Shown: positions 10,203 through 21,924, counted from the stretch's first letter. The stretch: DNA of 64,000 nucleotides from an uncultured delta proteobacterium (GCA_963798485.1 CAWCTR010000022.1:72489-136488), one strand, 5' to 3'. The notes: generated by a model from the letters alone, not told the origin. Numbers and translations: made by a program.

Positions 10203-10675
10203 AGCTGCAGTACGGCAACGGCCCGGGCGATCTGCAGGGAGACCTGCCTGCATGCCTCATCGAGGGCGTCTTCGTCCTGGCCTCCTTCTGAGAAGGTCCC
10301 GGTATCGGAAAAGGTTGACTGCCAGAGGGTCTTGCCCGAGGCATCACTGAGTTTTGCAAGCACATTGATGGTAAGCCGGTAGCGGTTCCCGCTCTTGAGC
10401 GTGATCGAGGTGATCGTCTCACGGGATGAAGATACCATGGAGCACATGAGCCGGTATTTTGCGTCCTTGTTTGATATCATCCCCATGGAGGCGAAGGACT
10501 GCTCCAGGAAGGAATCCAGCACGATGCCGGCCTCACGGAGGTGGGTCTTGTTCGTGCTCGGGTCGAGCGTGATCTTTCTGCCGCCCGCTACCCCTTCCGG
10601 CAGGAACCCGTACCTGCAGGAGATCAGGCTACTTGCCAGCAGCAACAATAATATTAATGATCTTATTCGGAACAT
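10199..10675 (-). CDS. lptE: LPS assembly lipoprotein LptE-like
   Basis: Lipobox LISC followed by RYGF; lies between leuS and holA. Confidence 0.75.
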   Translation of the reverse strand: MFRIRSLILLLLLASSLISCRYGFLPEGVAGGRKITLDPSTNKTHLREAGIVLDSFLEQSFASMGMISNKDAKYRLMCSMVSSSRETITSITLKSGNRYRLTINVLAKLSDASGKTLWQSTFSDTGTFSEGGQDEDALDEACRQVSLQIARAVAVLQL

Positions 10676-13112
10676 AGATGACCTTGCGGATGGATACCCC
10701 TTCCATGAAGCGCTTCACGTTCGTGTCGGAATATGCAGCGGTTTCCGCCTCAGCCTGAGGCGTATCCTTGGGCATTTCGATGGTGGCGCGGAGCCTGCCG
10801 TTCACCTGTACCGCGATGGTTACCTTCGAGTCCTGGGCCCACCCTGCGTCGAATTCGGGCCAGGGGTGCTCGAAGAGCCGGCCGGACAAGCCAATCGTTT
10901 CCCACAGCTCATCGGCGATATGAGGGACAAAGGGCGAGAGCATGATGAGCAGCTGCTCGATGGAATACTTCAGCACAGCCGCCTCTTCTTTGTCTGTAGC
11001 CGCATCTTTTGCCTTATAGAGCTCGTTGATCAGCTCCATCATGGCGGCTATGGCCGTGTTGAACCGGAAGCGCTTGTCTATGTCCTCAGTGACCTTGCGG
11101 ATGGTCTGGTGTGTCTTCCTCATGATGGGCTCTACGGATTCCGGGACCCGGATGACCTCTGATGTCCCCTCCATTGCCTTGATGTCCATGGCGAGCCGCC
11201 AGAGCCGGGTCAGAAAACGGTAGGTCCCCTCAATACCCTGGTCGCTCCAGTCCATGTCCTTCTCGGGCGGGGCGGCAAAGAGGGTGAAGAGCCTGGTGGC
11301 ATCCGCGCCGTAGCGTGCTATCATGTCTTCGGGGTCAACCACGTTACCCTTGGACTTACTCATCTTGGCGCCGTCCTTGATGACCATGCCCTGGGTCAGC
11401 AGTCTCTCAAACGGTTCGCCAAAGTCCACATGACCCAGGTCGCGGAGCACCTTGGTAAAGAACCGTGAGTACATGAGGTGCAATATGGCATGCTCGATAC
11501 CGCCGATGTACTGGTCCACGGGCATCCAGTACGCCACCTCCTTGGCATCAAAGGCCTTGTCCTTGTGGTTGGGGCTGGCATAGCGGATAAAGTACCAGGA
11601 CGACTCCACAAAGGTGTCCATGGTGTCGGTCTCGCGCCTGGCCTTGCCGCCGCAAGAAGGGCACTTCGTGTTCACGAATGCCTCAACCTGGGCTATGGGC
11701 GACTCCCCGGCGCCGGTGAGCTTCACGTCCTCGGGCAGGATAATGGGCAGGTCTTCCCTTTTCACCGGGACCGTTCCGCACCTTTCACAGTGCACCACCG
11801 GGATGGGCGCGCCCCAGTAGCGCTGTCTTGATATGCCCCAGTCACGAAGCCTGAAGTTGACCGTGGGCTCGCCCCTGCCGATGGTCCGGAGGTGTTCGGT
11901 GATGCCTTTCATGGCCTCCGTGTTCTTCATGCCGTTGAACTGCTGTGAATTCACCAGCACACCTTCGCCCTCGTAGGCCGCTTCCATGGTCCCCGCCTTG
12001 AGCTCCTCGCCCTCAGGCTGGATGACCACTGTGATGGTAAGGCCGTATTTTTTGGCGAACTCGAAGTCGCGCTGATCGTGAGAGGGCACGGCCATGACTG
12101 CGCCGGTGCCGTAGTCATACAGCACGAAGTTGGCCACATAGATGGGCATCAAAAAGCCGGTGAGCGGATTGATGCAGTATTTACCCGTGAATACGCCCTC
12201 TTTTTCATAGGAATCCGAGGTGCGGGTGATCTTATCTTCTTTGAGGGTCTTGTCTATAAAGGCCTGTACCGCCACTTCCTGATCGGTCCCTTTGGGCAGG
12301 GTCTTTGCCAGGGGGTGCTCCGGCGCGATACTCATGAAGGTGGCGCCGTAGAGCGTATCGGGCCTGGTGGTGAAGACCTCGATGTCATCGTTGGCGCTCT
12401 CGATAGCGAACCTGAGGAGCGAGCCGGTGCTCCTGCCGATCCAGTTCCTCTGCATGGTCAGCACGCGCTCGGGCCAGCCTTCTTTGAGGCGTTCGATATC
12501 ATCTAAAAGCTCCTGGGCGTACTTGGTGATCTTGAAGAACCACTGGTCGTATTCCCGGAGGTACACCTGTGTGCCGCAGCGCCAGCACGCCCCTGCTTCC
12601 ACCTGTTCGTTGGCCAGCACGGTCTTGCAGCTGTCGCACCAGTTCAGAAAGGTGCGGTCTTTATAGACGAGGCCCTTCTCGAACATCTCTATGAAGAAGA
12701 GCTGCTCCCACTGGTAATAGTCCGCATCACAGGTGGCGATCTCCCGGTCCCAGTCATAGCTGAATCCCATGCGCTTGAGCTGGACCTTCATGTATGCCAT
12801 GTTCTCATACGTCCATTTCTTGGGGTGCACCCCGCTTGCAATGGCGGCGTTCTCGGCGGGCATGCCGAAGGCGTCCCATCCCATGGGATGCAGCACGTTA
12901 AAGCCCTTCATCTTCTTGTACCTGGCCACCACGTCGCCTATAGTGTAGTTGCGAACGTGGCCCATGTGGATACGGCCCGAGGGGTAGGGGAACATCTCGA
13001 GGAGATAGTATTTCTGCTTGGAGTCATCGGCCTCCACCTTGAAGAGCCCGCTTTCTTCCCAGCGCTTCTGCCACTTGGCCTCGATCTCCTGAGGTCTGTA
13101 GTCCGTCGTCAT
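10629..13112 (-). CDS. leuS: Leucine--tRNA ligase
   Basis: [13 protein letters not shown] (HIGH), [12 protein letters not shown] and KMSKS. The true start is [11 protein letters not shown] at 13112. Confidence 0.98.
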   Translation of the reverse strand: MTTDYRPQEIEAKWQKRWEESGLFKVEADDSKQKYYLLEMFPYPSGRIHMGHVRNYTIGDVVARYKKMKGFNVLHPMGWDAFGMPAENAAIASGVHPKKWTYENMAYMKVQLKRMGFSYDWDREIATCDADYYQWEQLFFIEMFEKGLVYKDRTFLNWCDSCKTVLANEQVEAGACWRCGTQVYLREYDQWFFKITKYAQELLDDIERLKEGWPERVLTMQRNWIGRSTGSLLRFAIESANDDIEVFTTRPDTLYGATFMSIAPEHPLAKTLPKGTDQEVAVQAFIDKTLKEDKITRTSDSYEKEGVFTGKYCINPLTGFLMPIYVANFVLYDYGTGAVMAVPSHDQRDFEFAKKYGLTITVVIQPEGEELKAGTMEAAYEGEGVLVNSQQFNGMKNTEAMKGITEHLRTIGRGEPTVNFRLRDWGISRQRYWGAPIPVVHCERCGTVPVKREDLPIILPEDVKLTGAGESPIAQVEAFVNTKCPSCGGKARRETDTMDTFVESSWYFIRYASPNHKDKAFDAKEVAYWMPVDQYIGGIEHAILHLMYSRFFTKVLRDLGHVDFGEPFERLLTQGMVIKDGAKMSKSKGNVVDPEDMIARYGADATRLFTLFAAPPEKDMDWSDQGIEGTYRFLTRLWRLAMDIKAMEGTSEVIRVPESVEPIMRKTHQTIRKVTEDIDKRFRFNTAIAAMMELINELYKAKDAATDKEEAAVLKYSIEQLLIMLSPFVPHIADELWETIGLSGRLFEHPWPEFDAGWAQDSKVTIAVQVNGRLRATIEMPKDTPQAEAETAAYSDTNVKRFMEGVSIRKVIYVPNKIINIIVAAGK

Positions 13113-13232
13113 ACGTTCCTCCGCATCAATAATGACTGCACAATTAACACAACACCTTTCCTTCGTCCAGTACCGGTTCCCGCAGTCTTTGCGCTTGCAT
13201 TTCATGACCATATTGATATGTAAGGGGACACT

Positions 13233-15674
13233 ATGAGATGGCTCAAATTCTTTCTTCTTATCATGGTCATCGTCACTGCCCTGTGCGGTGCGGCGATCTA
13301 TGTATTCGTACTCAGGGGGCTTCCTTCCCTTGAAGAACTCAAAAGCTCCGAGGTGACCAAGCTCAGCAAGGTCACTGCCGCCGACGGCACACCCATCGGC
13401 TACTTCCCGCCCGAAGGAAGGGTCGTTATGAACGGGCACAACATCCCCATCACCCTCAAACAGGCCATCATCGCCGCAGAAGATTCCACCTTTTATGACC
13501 ATGTGGGACTTGAGCCGCGCAGGATCATAAGCGCGTTACTCGCTGATATCAGGGCAAACTCCTATGTCCAGGGTGCATCTACCATAACCCAGCAGGTTGT
13601 CAGGTCGTATCTGCTCACCAATGAAAAGACCCTTGCCAGGAAGTTCAGGGAGATCGTTCTGGCGCTACGCATCGAACAGGCCCTGACCAAAGAGCAGATC
13701 TTAAACCTGTACCTTGACCGCATCTACCTTGGCAGCGGCGCCTATGGCGTCCAGGCGGCCTCGTTGCGTTATTTCGGCAAGGAGTGCAGAGAGCTCGAAC
13801 TCTCGGAGATGGCGCTGCTTGCGGGGCTTGCCCCTGCGCCGACGAGATATTCTCCGCTGAATGACTTCACTGCGGCGAAAAGAAGGCAGTGGTATGTCCT
13901 TTCCCGTATGGTGTCCGAGGGTTACATTACCGGGGCCGAGGCCCGTGAGGCATACAAGGATCCTTTAAGGATCATAGCCAAGGATGTGGCCCAATTTTCC
14001 GAATACCCCTATATCACCGACTATGTGAAGACGCTGGTGACCAAGCAGTTCGGCGAAGACATCTTCAACAAAGGGATCATTATCCGCACTTCAATAGTCC
14101 CTGAGCTCCAGCGCTCGGCAATACTCGCCGTCCGCAAGGGGGTTATCGAGCTCGAGATGAGGCAGGGCGCATATCGCGGCCCTATAAAGGATATACCCCA
14201 GGGCGATGGGACGCTTAAGCCACTTAATCCTGCCGAAAAGGATCGCATCTTTGCATTGCAGTCAAACCAGCTTGCATGGAAGGGCTACGAACCCTATGAA
14301 CTCTATTGGGCGGAGGTGACAAGGCTGGATCCATTGACGGTAAAACTCGGCGTCAGAAGCCTCGAACTCGGCCCGGGCAGTTACGCCTGGATCAACCCCA
14401 AGGGGAGTTGGCGGCCCGGCAGCGTGCTGAAGCCCGGCGATCTCATACAGCTCTGTTCTACGCCCGGCGGTTTTGTGATCTCGCAGCAGCCGCAGGTCCA
14501 AGGGGTGCTTGTGGCCTTTGATCTGGAGAAGGCAGGCATTCTTGCCATGGTGGGAGGGGTTGACTATGCCCAGAGCCAGTTCAACAGGGCCGTATACGCA
14601 AGGAGACAGAGCGGATCGGCAATAAAACCCTTCATCTATGCGGCGGCTATTGACAAGGGCCTGACGCCTGCCTCCATCATCTTCGACTCACCGGTAACCT
14701 ATAAGGCCGGTGCGGATGAGGAAATGTGGCAACCCAAAAACTACGAAAACCGCTTCTATGGTGCAACCACATTGAGGACCGGCCTGGTCCTTTCCAGGAA
14801 CGTGGTTACCATTAAGATCTTAAACGAGATCGGCCTTGATTATGCCATCTCGTATCTCAAACGGTTCGATATGCAGTCAGAACTGCCTCGAAACCTTTCC
14901 CTGGCCCTGGGTTCAGGTTCGATAATACCTATTAACCTTTTTAAGGGGTATGCAGAACTGGCCACCTATGGCCAGAAATTCGATCCCCATATGATCGAGA
15001 GCATTGTCCAAAGCGGGAAGGGGACCATCTTCCGCGCCCCAGCAGGCCCTGCAATTTTTGCATCTCCTGTGGCCCCTGCTGTGACTGCCGGCACAGGTGG
15101 CATTACGACGGATGCAGCTGCTCAGGCAGAGGCAAACATCCCGACAGATGCACTCACTCCGGCAGCTGCCCCCCAGGCTGGTGCCGACGTAATTACGCCA
15201 GTGCAAGATCACAGGGTCATCTCATCTCAGACGGCCTTCATCATCACGAACATCCTCAAGGACGTGGTGCAGGTGGGAACAGGCTGGCGTGCAAAGGCCC
15301 TTATGCGGCCAATTGCGGGGAAGACAGGCACCAGCGATGACTGCAAGGATACCTGGTTTGTCGGATACTCCCCTGATGTCTTATGCGGTGTGTGGGTCGG
15401 CCATGACAGCATGACTTCGCTCGGCGCAAATGAGACAGGGGGCAAGACTGCATGCCCCATCTTTGTCGACTTCATGACGACAGCGTTACGCGACAGGCCT
15501 GTGCGCGACTTCAGGGTTCCTGCAGGTGTGGTATTCGCCAGGGTCAACTCCAAGACAGGCAAGGGGGCGAGTGAGGATTCACTGGAATCACGGTTTGAGG
15601 TCTTTAAGCAAGGCAGCGTACCTGCAGCCGAGAGGGCCGTTAATGATGATCAATTGTTAAAGGAGGTCTACTGA
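13233..15674 (+). CDS. mrcA: Penicillin-binding protein 1A (class A PBP)
   Basis: N-terminal TM helix, transglycosylase motifs AED..FY.H.G and GASTITQQ, transpeptidase motifs SAIK, SRN and KTG. Confidence 0.93.
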   Translation: MRWLKFFLLIMVIVTALCGAAIYVFVLRGLPSLEELKSSEVTKLSKVTAADGTPIGYFPPEGRVVMNGHNIPITLKQAIIAAEDSTFYDHVGLEPRRIISALLADIRANSYVQGASTITQQVVRSYLLTNEKTLARKFREIVLALRIEQALTKEQILNLYLDRIYLGSGAYGVQAASLRYFGKECRELELSEMALLAGLAPAPTRYSPLNDFTAAKRRQWYVLSRMVSEGYITGAEAREAYKDPLRIIAKDVAQFSEYPYITDYVKTLVTKQFGEDIFNKGIIIRTSIVPELQRSAILAVRKGVIELEMRQGAYRGPIKDIPQGDGTLKPLNPAEKDRIFALQSNQLAWKGYEPYELYWAEVTRLDPLTVKLGVRSLELGPGSYAWINPKGSWRPGSVLKPGDLIQLCSTPGGFVISQQPQVQGVLVAFDLEKAGILAMVGGVDYAQSQFNRAVYARRQSGSAIKPFIYAAAIDKGLTPASIIFDSPVTYKAGADEEMWQPKNYENRFYGATTLRTGLVLSRNVVTIKILNEIGLDYAISYLKRFDMQSELPRNLSLALGSGSIIPINLFKGYAELATYGQKFDPHMIESIVQSGKGTIFRAPAGPAIFASPVAPAVTAGTGGITTDAAAQAEANIPTDALTPAAAPQAGADVITPVQDHRVISSQTAFIITNILKDVVQVGTGWRAKALMRPIAGKTGTSDDCKDTWFVGYSPDVLCGVWVGHDSMTSLGANETGGKTACPIFVDFMTTALRDRPVRDFRVPAGVVFARVNSKTGKGASEDSLESRFEVFKQGSVPAAERAVNDDQLLKEVY

Positions 15675-17425
15675 TGCATGTCCGTGCGGTCTTTCTGCTG
15701 GCCATCCTGATCGCATACTCGCTGAGTTCTTTTGCTGCGGACATCACCCTTGTCAAGCATGCAAGGAGGGCCAAGCCCCTTGGCGCGAGTCAGTATATGG
15801 TGAAGGAAGGCGATACCTTGCGAAGGATACTGATGGAGGGATACCATGCAAAGGAGGGAGACCTTCCTAATCTCTATAAACGGTTCAGGCAGGAAAATCC
15901 GGGCATAGTAGATCTCGATTACATACCGTCCGGCACCAAGATCGTAATCCCCATAAAAGGGGAGCCCGCCATTGTTGCCGAGCGGAAGAAACCTGTAGAG
16001 GGGCTTGAGGTGAGGGAGGCTTCTCCTAATGAATATGTCATCAAGCAGGGTGAGTATCTCGCCAGGATCATGAGGAAGGTCTATGGTGTCTCGGATGATC
16101 TCATTTATCATGAGTACATGGACCTCGTAAAAAAATTAAACCCCGAGATCAGCAACCCGAACCGAATCAAGGCGGGTCAAAGGCTTATACTGCCGGACAT
16201 CAAGCGGGTGGTGGCCAAGGCAAAGAACGCACAGGGCCCTGTTGCCGCTCCGTTATCGGTTTCAACCACGGGCGTACCCCCGCAAGAGGTGAGCAAGACA
16301 CCTCCGAGCCGGACAAGTAATGCAATAACACCTCCGGCAAAGCAGGATATTATCGCAACGGAACCGCCTCCCGAAGCGGCCCCTGCAGCGCCCAGTGCAT
16401 CACCCCCTGCAACGCCCGGCGTGAAACAGGTGAGTAATGACAAATCGCCGGGACCCGGGAATGCCGAGGGTGTGAAGATGGTCAAAGGCGCAGTCCTGCC
16501 GGCCCTGAAGGACATGGGGGGTACGAAGAGGGACAAAGGGATATATTATATGCCTACCTCGGGAGGCACCAGCCTCTCCATCAACACCTCCGAGATCCCT
16601 GTCATGGAACTGGATACCGGGAAGAAGATTATTTTCGACATGAATAAGACCATCAGTCCAGAGGTTAAAGGGTATATCGAGAAGGCCTTCCCGTCTTTCA
16701 CCGTGGTCTCAGGTTCGCAAGGTGACCTGGAGAGGCTTATGGACAAGGTCTTAAGCGTTTCCGGCTATTTCTCCATTAACAAAGACTCAAGCCCGCTTCT
16801 TGTGGGATCAGAAGAAAAACTAAGATTTTTCGGCAAGTGGATCGTATACAAGGATTTCTCCCGAAACAACGTGTTTGTCGTTAATCTCTTGGGCAAGGAA
16901 GAGCAGAAGACGCCTGGCGGAATTAGAAATTATGCCAGGCATTTTGGTATCGATCTCATTGAAATCGGCGGTAAAGATACAGGGGGCGCACTGAAAAAAA
17001 CCGCTCAAATTATTGACCTGAAGCACTCGTACCCGGTCCTTTTGGGCCGTCTCAAGGTCCCTTATGATGCGAATAAGGAGATAGACCTGGTAAAAAGCGG
17101 CGAGGTGAAGATAACCTACAAGGCCCCGATGCTTATGGGTAATGTCGTATTGGCCGATGTCATGCCTGAAACGGATATGGCCGCCCTGCTTCATGAGAAG
17201 TCATACGAATTGCTGAATACCGGCACGGCAGGGCCTGATGAGGTGCTCAAGGCACTCGGGCTGGAATTCGAAGGCCCCCCCCTGAAGATGACAATAGCCC
17301 AAGGCAGGACGGAGCTGGAGATCCCTGGAATACGTCTGGGAGACAATATCATCCTCTTAAAGACGATCGATAAAGATATAACGGCCTATCTCGCAGCTTC
17401 AGGGATGAAGGTGATGGCCTGGTAG
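15674..17425 (+). CDS. Exported LysM-domain protein (two LysM-like domains, Pro-rich linker, unknown C-terminal domain)
   Basis: Signal peptide; YMVKEGDTL..NP.I.D.D.I..G..I.IP and YVIKQGEYL..LNPEISNPNRIKAGQRLILP. Confidence 0.8.
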   Translation: MHVRAVFLLAILIAYSLSSFAADITLVKHARRAKPLGASQYMVKEGDTLRRILMEGYHAKEGDLPNLYKRFRQENPGIVDLDYIPSGTKIVIPIKGEPAIVAERKKPVEGLEVREASPNEYVIKQGEYLARIMRKVYGVSDDLIYHEYMDLVKKLNPEISNPNRIKAGQRLILPDIKRVVAKAKNAQGPVAAPLSVSTTGVPPQEVSKTPPSRTSNAITPPAKQDIIATEPPPEAAPAAPSASPPATPGVKQVSNDKSPGPGNAEGVKMVKGAVLPALKDMGGTKRDKGIYYMPTSGGTSLSINTSEIPVMELDTGKKIIFDMNKTISPEVKGYIEKAFPSFTVVSGSQGDLERLMDKVLSVSGYFSINKDSSPLLVGSEEKLRFFGKWIVYKDFSRNNVFVVNLLGKEEQKTPGGIRNYARHFGIDLIEIGGKDTGGALKKTAQIIDLKHSYPVLLGRLKVPYDANKEIDLVKSGEVKITYKAPMLMGNVVLADVMPETDMAALLHEKSYELLNTGTAGPDEVLKALGLEFEGPPLKMTIAQGRTELEIPGIRLGDNIILLKTIDKDITAYLAASGMKVMAW

Positions 17426-17461
17426 AGGGCTCTGGGGAGAACCCCTTGCAGGGGGGTAAGA

Positions 17462-17500
17462 AAAATCTCCCCTGTCCCCTCCTTAGAAAGGAGGGGGACT
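17462..17500. repeat. C/G-rich palindromic intergenic repeat, copy 1
   Basis: AAAATCTCCCCTGTCCCCTCCTTAGAAAGGAGGGGGACT, 37/39 identical to 55424-55462. Confidence 0.85.
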
Positions 17501-17580
17501 AAGTCTCACAATCGTGCCATTCTTGATCCCTCCCATCCTTAAACAGGGTTACTTCCTGCTCGTCGAGGTAAATTGCATGA

Positions 17581-18882
17581 TTACATCCGGGCTGACGAGA
17601 TGAAACAGCCGCCGCCGCTGCTGCCTGTGGAAGGGGGTTCCGCCTCGGTGGTGAAAGAAACCGGATAGCTCGATGCCAGGGCATTCCCTGCCAGGTCTTT
17701 CACGCCGTTACTGCCTCCTGTGACGGTAATCGTATAGGGTGTGGAGTATGAATCATCGCCGCTTACGCTCAACGTCATGCCGTCACTGGACAGGCTCACT
17801 CCTCCGGAGACTACGGTAGATCCGGATTTCATGATGACCGTCGAGCTGTTGATGGTTTTTGCGTTCATCTTCTCGGAAAATAAAAAGGTTACGGGGGTCG
17901 ATATATAGGCCGTGCCGTCATTATTCTTTGATATCTTATAAGAATTGATCACGGGTGGGATGATGTCGTCTCTGGAGTAAATAAGGATTGTGCCGTACTG
18001 GCCTGCAAAATAAACCTTGCCCGAGGTGCTGCCCCAGATGGCATCGATGTTCGAGCCGAAAAGCCCGTTGTTCGACAGGCTGCTCCAGGAATGTCCGTCA
18101 TAGTGGTAGACGTTACCGACCGCTCCTGCAGCAAAGACATCATCAGCAGCGCTCCCCCATAAGGCGTAGAGAGCAAGACCGCTCATACTTTTGGCTGTCC
18201 ACGCAGACCCGTTGTAGTGGAGGATATCTCCTTCTGTATCTGCGGCATAGATGTCTGAGCCGGATGACCCCCAGAGGGAGCGGAGGTCTTGATAGGTGGG
18301 TATCGATGATACGGCTTTCCATGTTGTCCCATCATAGTGGAACATTGTACCGTTTTGGCCACCGACATATATGTTATTCCCGGTGTCGTCCCCCCAGATG
18401 GAATAGAGGTCGGTCTCATTTGTTATTGATGGGGTCGCATCTCCCCATGATATCCCGTTGAAGGACAAGATTGTCCCCAATGACCCCACTGCATAAATGT
18501 TTGTTATGGACAATCCCCACAGTGCGTTGAGGCGGCTGACGGTATTTGTCGCGAACGAGATCCATCCGGTGCCGTCATTCATCAAGATCGTCCCATTGTC
18601 GCCTGCAACGAATACGGCAGTCAGGGGCGTTTCCCACACTGATGTCAGGTCCTGTGGGGTATTGATAGATATATCATGCCAGGTGACCCCATCGAAGTGA
18701 ATGAGCGTGCCGACCGCACCGGCGACATAGATGTCGCTGTCCGAGGAACCCCATACGGCATAGAGATCCTGAGAGACGGGAAGAGAAGCCTTCTGCCAAC
18801 TATCGGCATAGCTGAGAGAGCTGTATAACAACAAGGAGAGGATGAAGGTGGTGATCACGAAATATAAGGTATGTGTTCTCAT
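17581..18882 (-). CDS. Secreted beta-propeller-repeat + Ig-like protein with C-terminal GGGCFI motif
   Basis: Signal peptide; seven W-G-x-S...G..G.I.H(F/Y)DG..W repeats; Ig-like segment (FSEKMN...VKDLAGN..SFTT); ends GSSGGGCFISSARM. Confidence 0.8.
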   Translation of the reverse strand: MRTHTLYFVITTFILSLLLYSSLSYADSWQKASLPVSQDLYAVWGSSDSDIYVAGAVGTLIHFDGVTWHDISINTPQDLTSVWETPLTAVFVAGDNGTILMNDGTGWISFATNTVSRLNALWGLSITNIYAVGSLGTILSFNGISWGDATPSITNETDLYSIWGDDTGNNIYVGGQNGTMFHYDGTTWKAVSSIPTYQDLRSLWGSSGSDIYAADTEGDILHYNGSAWTAKSMSGLALYALWGSAADDVFAAGAVGNVYHYDGHSWSSLSNNGLFGSNIDAIWGSTSGKVYFAGQYGTILIYSRDDIIPPVINSYKISKNNDGTAYISTPVTFLFSEKMNAKTINSSTVIMKSGSTVVSGGVSLSSDGMTLSVSGDDSYSTPYTITVTGGSNGVKDLAGNALASSYPVSFTTEAEPPSTGSSGGGCFISSARM

Positions 18883-19073
18883 ATGTTTCCTTTCAGGGCA
18901 GGATAAAGATAAGATGCAGTATATTATAAAGGGGACAGCAGGTGTTTTCAATATTGCGGGTACATCCTCCCATTATTGCCGACATACACCTGCTTGGAAT
19001 CCTTTCTTGCCAGGCCTTTAAAGCAATGAACCCGCCAGTGAACGGGCGTGCCCGGTATCACCTCTCTAAAGGC

Positions 19074-20465
19074 TTATTGATGATGAATGGTCAGTTTGTC
19101 GCCGGGCTTGATCTGTGCGGTAGAGGTCAGCTTGTTCCAGCGAAGGATGTCCATGGTGGAGACATCGAATTGTTTTGAGATCCCCCAGAGGGTATCGCCT
19201 TTCTTAACCTTATATTTTGTAGACTTCACATGCGCCTGCTTGCTTTGTGCAGAGGGGATGATCAGGGTTTTTCCTAATATCAGGGCTTGTTTTTTGGAAA
19301 TCCGGTTCGCCTTGGCAATGGCATCAACGCTTGAGGAATACTTCCTGGCAAGGGAATACAGGGTGTCACCCTTATGCACGGTGTGATGAACGTACGCGGC
19401 GGATTCATCGCTGGTATCCGGCTGGGTGTCAAGGCCTTTCTTTGATGATTTCGGTGTGTTTCTACGGACCTTGTCCCCACCATTTTTTATTGACACAGAC
19501 TGAGCGTCTGTAATGAATTCAGGGTTGTTTTCCGCCAGGGACTCATTAGGGCTGCTGCTTGATCTTGCGATTGCATCCAGATACTCAGGGCTATCCACTG
19601 TCTCGGGTGTGCCCTTTACCGTGCCCTTCGGGGGATTCGGCAGCCCATAGGCGCTGCGGTTTTTGGCCAGGATGACCGTGGCGATATATTTCGGCACATA
19701 ATCGATAGTCTCAGGCTTTATGTTCATGGAATTGTTTATGTCCCAGAATGTGTATACATCATGGTTTTTCATGAGGCGGATGAGCGTCCCTTCTCCTGCG
19801 TTGTATGCCGCAATTGCCAGGTACCAGTCGCCGAAGATGGAATAGAGGTGCCTCAGATACAGTGCTGCAGCATGTGTGGACTTCTCCAGGTGTTTACGCT
19901 CATCCACATATCTGTTCACCTGCAGTCCGTATTTTTTTGCGGTATCCGGGATAAATTGCCAGTAACCCGTTGCGCCTGAGCTTGAAACCGCATGCGGATT
20001 GGCGTTACTCTCAACCAGACATAGGTAGACCAGGTCCTTGGGGATGCCGTGTTGTTTGAATATCCGCTCCATAGTGGGTCGTATCTTGTCAAGTCTGGCG
20101 AGAGAACTCCTGAATGTATCGCGGTCGTTAACCGAGAGGCGTTCGATCCAGAGTTGCACTATTGTATTGATCTCATACATGCTGTCCGAGGTCTTTTTTT
20201 TCTGAGGTTTCCCCTTTTTCGTGGCAGGGTCATCCACCAATGGTGTATCCTGGATTATTACCTGGGGTTTTTCTTGGATCTGGGGTAGGCTGATTTCTGC
20301 GAGTGGCTGCTCTGTCGGTGTTGAGGGTTCCTGGATAGAGCTTAAATCCAGGACCGGACTGGGCGGATGTGGCGGCGGATAGTTGTAGTGGAGTGTGTGT
20401 GAGCATCCAAGCAGTGCGAACACAAGGGTAAAAATGAGTGTTGCCCTGAATGAACCCATTCTCAT
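19074..20465 (-). CDS. MltD-like lytic transglycosylase lipoprotein with LysM domains
   Basis: Lipobox LLGC, SLT motifs VES, GATGYWQF, AAYNAG and ETIDYV, and two C-terminal LysM domains. Confidence 0.9.
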   Translation of the reverse strand: MRMGSFRATLIFTLVFALLGCSHTLHYNYPPPHPPSPVLDLSSIQEPSTPTEQPLAEISLPQIQEKPQVIIQDTPLVDDPATKKGKPQKKKTSDSMYEINTIVQLWIERLSVNDRDTFRSSLARLDKIRPTMERIFKQHGIPKDLVYLCLVESNANPHAVSSSGATGYWQFIPDTAKKYGLQVNRYVDERKHLEKSTHAAALYLRHLYSIFGDWYLAIAAYNAGEGTLIRLMKNHDVYTFWDINNSMNIKPETIDYVPKYIATVILAKNRSAYGLPNPPKGTVKGTPETVDSPEYLDAIARSSSSPNESLAENNPEFITDAQSVSIKNGGDKVRRNTPKSSKKGLDTQPDTSDESAAYVHHTVHKGDTLYSLARKYSSSVDAIAKANRISKKQALILGKTLIIPSAQSKQAHVKSTKYKVKKGDTLWGISKQFDVSTMDILRWNKLTSTAQIKPGDKLTIHHQ

Positions 20466-20601
20466 CAACCTCCGGATTGTTGTTTTTTACTTGGATTGGA
20501 TGAAACCTTCAACCCTTTTTTTCATCTAAAAATACGGATTGTTGGTGCCGATAGATTTAATTTACTATTAGGTCATATCTTATAAAGGAGATAAATGATA
20601 A

Positions 20602-21459
20602 ATGCAACTCCCAATTGTACACAATAATGCTGTTGCGACGCTCATCGGCAAATTCGATAGAATACCTGCACTGAGCAAAGAGGAAGAATTCGACCTGGCT
20701 TTGCGCTTAAAGGAAAAAGGCGATATCGATGCCGCACAGAGGCTTATCACTGCAAACTTGCGGAACGTTGTCCGTATCGCCATGGATTATAGCGGCTATG
20801 GGCTTCCCATGGAGGACATCATCCAGGAAGGCACTATCGGTTTGATGATAGCCGTGAAAAAGTTTGATCCCCATAAGGGATACAGGCTCATGACCTATGC
20901 CGTCTGGTGGGTTAAGGCCATGATACACGATTACATACTCAGGTTCTACTCACAGGTGAAACTGGGAACCACCAAGCTGCAGAAGAGGCTCTTCTACGGG
21001 CTTAACCGGATGTCGGCCGAGGAGGATGTCGTTGACGAGCACATAACCGAGAAGTCCCATGCACTTTCGGCCAGACTCGATGCTGATCCCCACGCCATCG
21101 AGGAAATCATATCGCGCCTGACCAACAGGGACCAGTCGCTCGACAGCCCCATGACCGACGGGAGTGACTCCAGTTTTATGGATTTCCTGGTGGACACAAG
21201 GGCAACCCCCGAGGACAGGGTCATGGAGTCCCAGCGGGCGTCTTTTGTGAAGGGCCAGATTGATACTGCCCTGGAAAAGCTATCGCCACGCGAGCAGGAT
21301 ATCGCCCGGCAACGCCTTATGGCAGAGAACCCATCGACGTTAGAGGACTTGGGCAGGCAATATGCCATATCCAAAGAGAGGGTGAGACAGATCGAGAATA
21401 ACGTGAAGGTCAAGCTCAAGAAGGCCCTTGCCGGCCATCTCGACCTCATGCTGCCGTAA
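20602..21459 (+). CDS. rpoH: RNA polymerase sigma-32 factor RpoH
   Basis: DIIQEG.IGLM.AVKKFDP, TYAVWW, RpoH-box-like QKRLFYGL and region 4 ISKERVRQIE. Confidence 0.85.
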   Translation: MQLPIVHNNAVATLIGKFDRIPALSKEEEFDLALRLKEKGDIDAAQRLITANLRNVVRIAMDYSGYGLPMEDIIQEGTIGLMIAVKKFDPHKGYRLMTYAVWWVKAMIHDYILRFYSQVKLGTTKLQKRLFYGLNRMSAEEDVVDEHITEKSHALSARLDADPHAIEEIISRLTNRDQSLDSPMTDGSDSSFMDFLVDTRATPEDRVMESQRASFVKGQIDTALEKLSPREQDIARQRLMAENPSTLEDLGRQYAISKERVRQIENNVKVKLKKALAGHLDLMLP

Positions 21460-21477
21460 AGATCAAGGGGTATTTCT

Positions 21478-21924
21478 ATGACAACCCGCAAGAAGGCGCT
21501 TGCAGAAGACCTCCTGCTCCTTCAGGACAGGATGAACAGGGTTTTTGAGGAGAGTCTGAGGGAAACCGGCATCTCCCGGAATCCCGGCCAATGGATACCC
21601 CATGTGGACATGTTTGAGGATGATGTATCCCTCATCCTCAAGGCCGAGCTCCCTGGGGTGAGGCGCGAGGATATCGGGCTCGATATCACTGAGAGCATAC
21701 TCACCATCAGCGGGAAGAAGCCCTTTGAACATGAGGAAACAGCTGAGAGCTTCCATGTCATGGAACGGCAATACGGGTTTTTCAAGAGATCTTTTACCCT
21801 GCCCGGGTCAGTGGATGTTGAGTGCATTGAAGCCGACTATCATGCAGGCGTCCTGGAGGTGGTCCTTCCAAAACCAACCGACACGAGATCGAGAAAGATA
21901 CCCATTATCAGGCAAGGCGATTGA
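21478..21924 (+). CDS. Hsp20/alpha-crystallin small heat-shock protein
   Basis: W.PHVD, AELPGV, ERQYG.FKRSFTLP and A.Y.AGVLEV.LPK. Confidence 0.93.
   Translation: MTTRKKALAEDLLLLQDRMNRVFEESLRETGISRNPGQWIPHVDMFEDDVSLILKAELPGVRREDIGLDITESILTISGKKPFEHEETAESFHVMERQYGFFKRSFTLPGSVDVECIEADYHAGVLEVVLPKPTDTRSRKIPIIRQGD

Noticed and set aside
13113-13502. 130-aa N-terminal extension of LeuS in the ORF track
   Set aside because: It overlaps the divergent PBP1A gene, and LeuS homology begins at ATG 13112.
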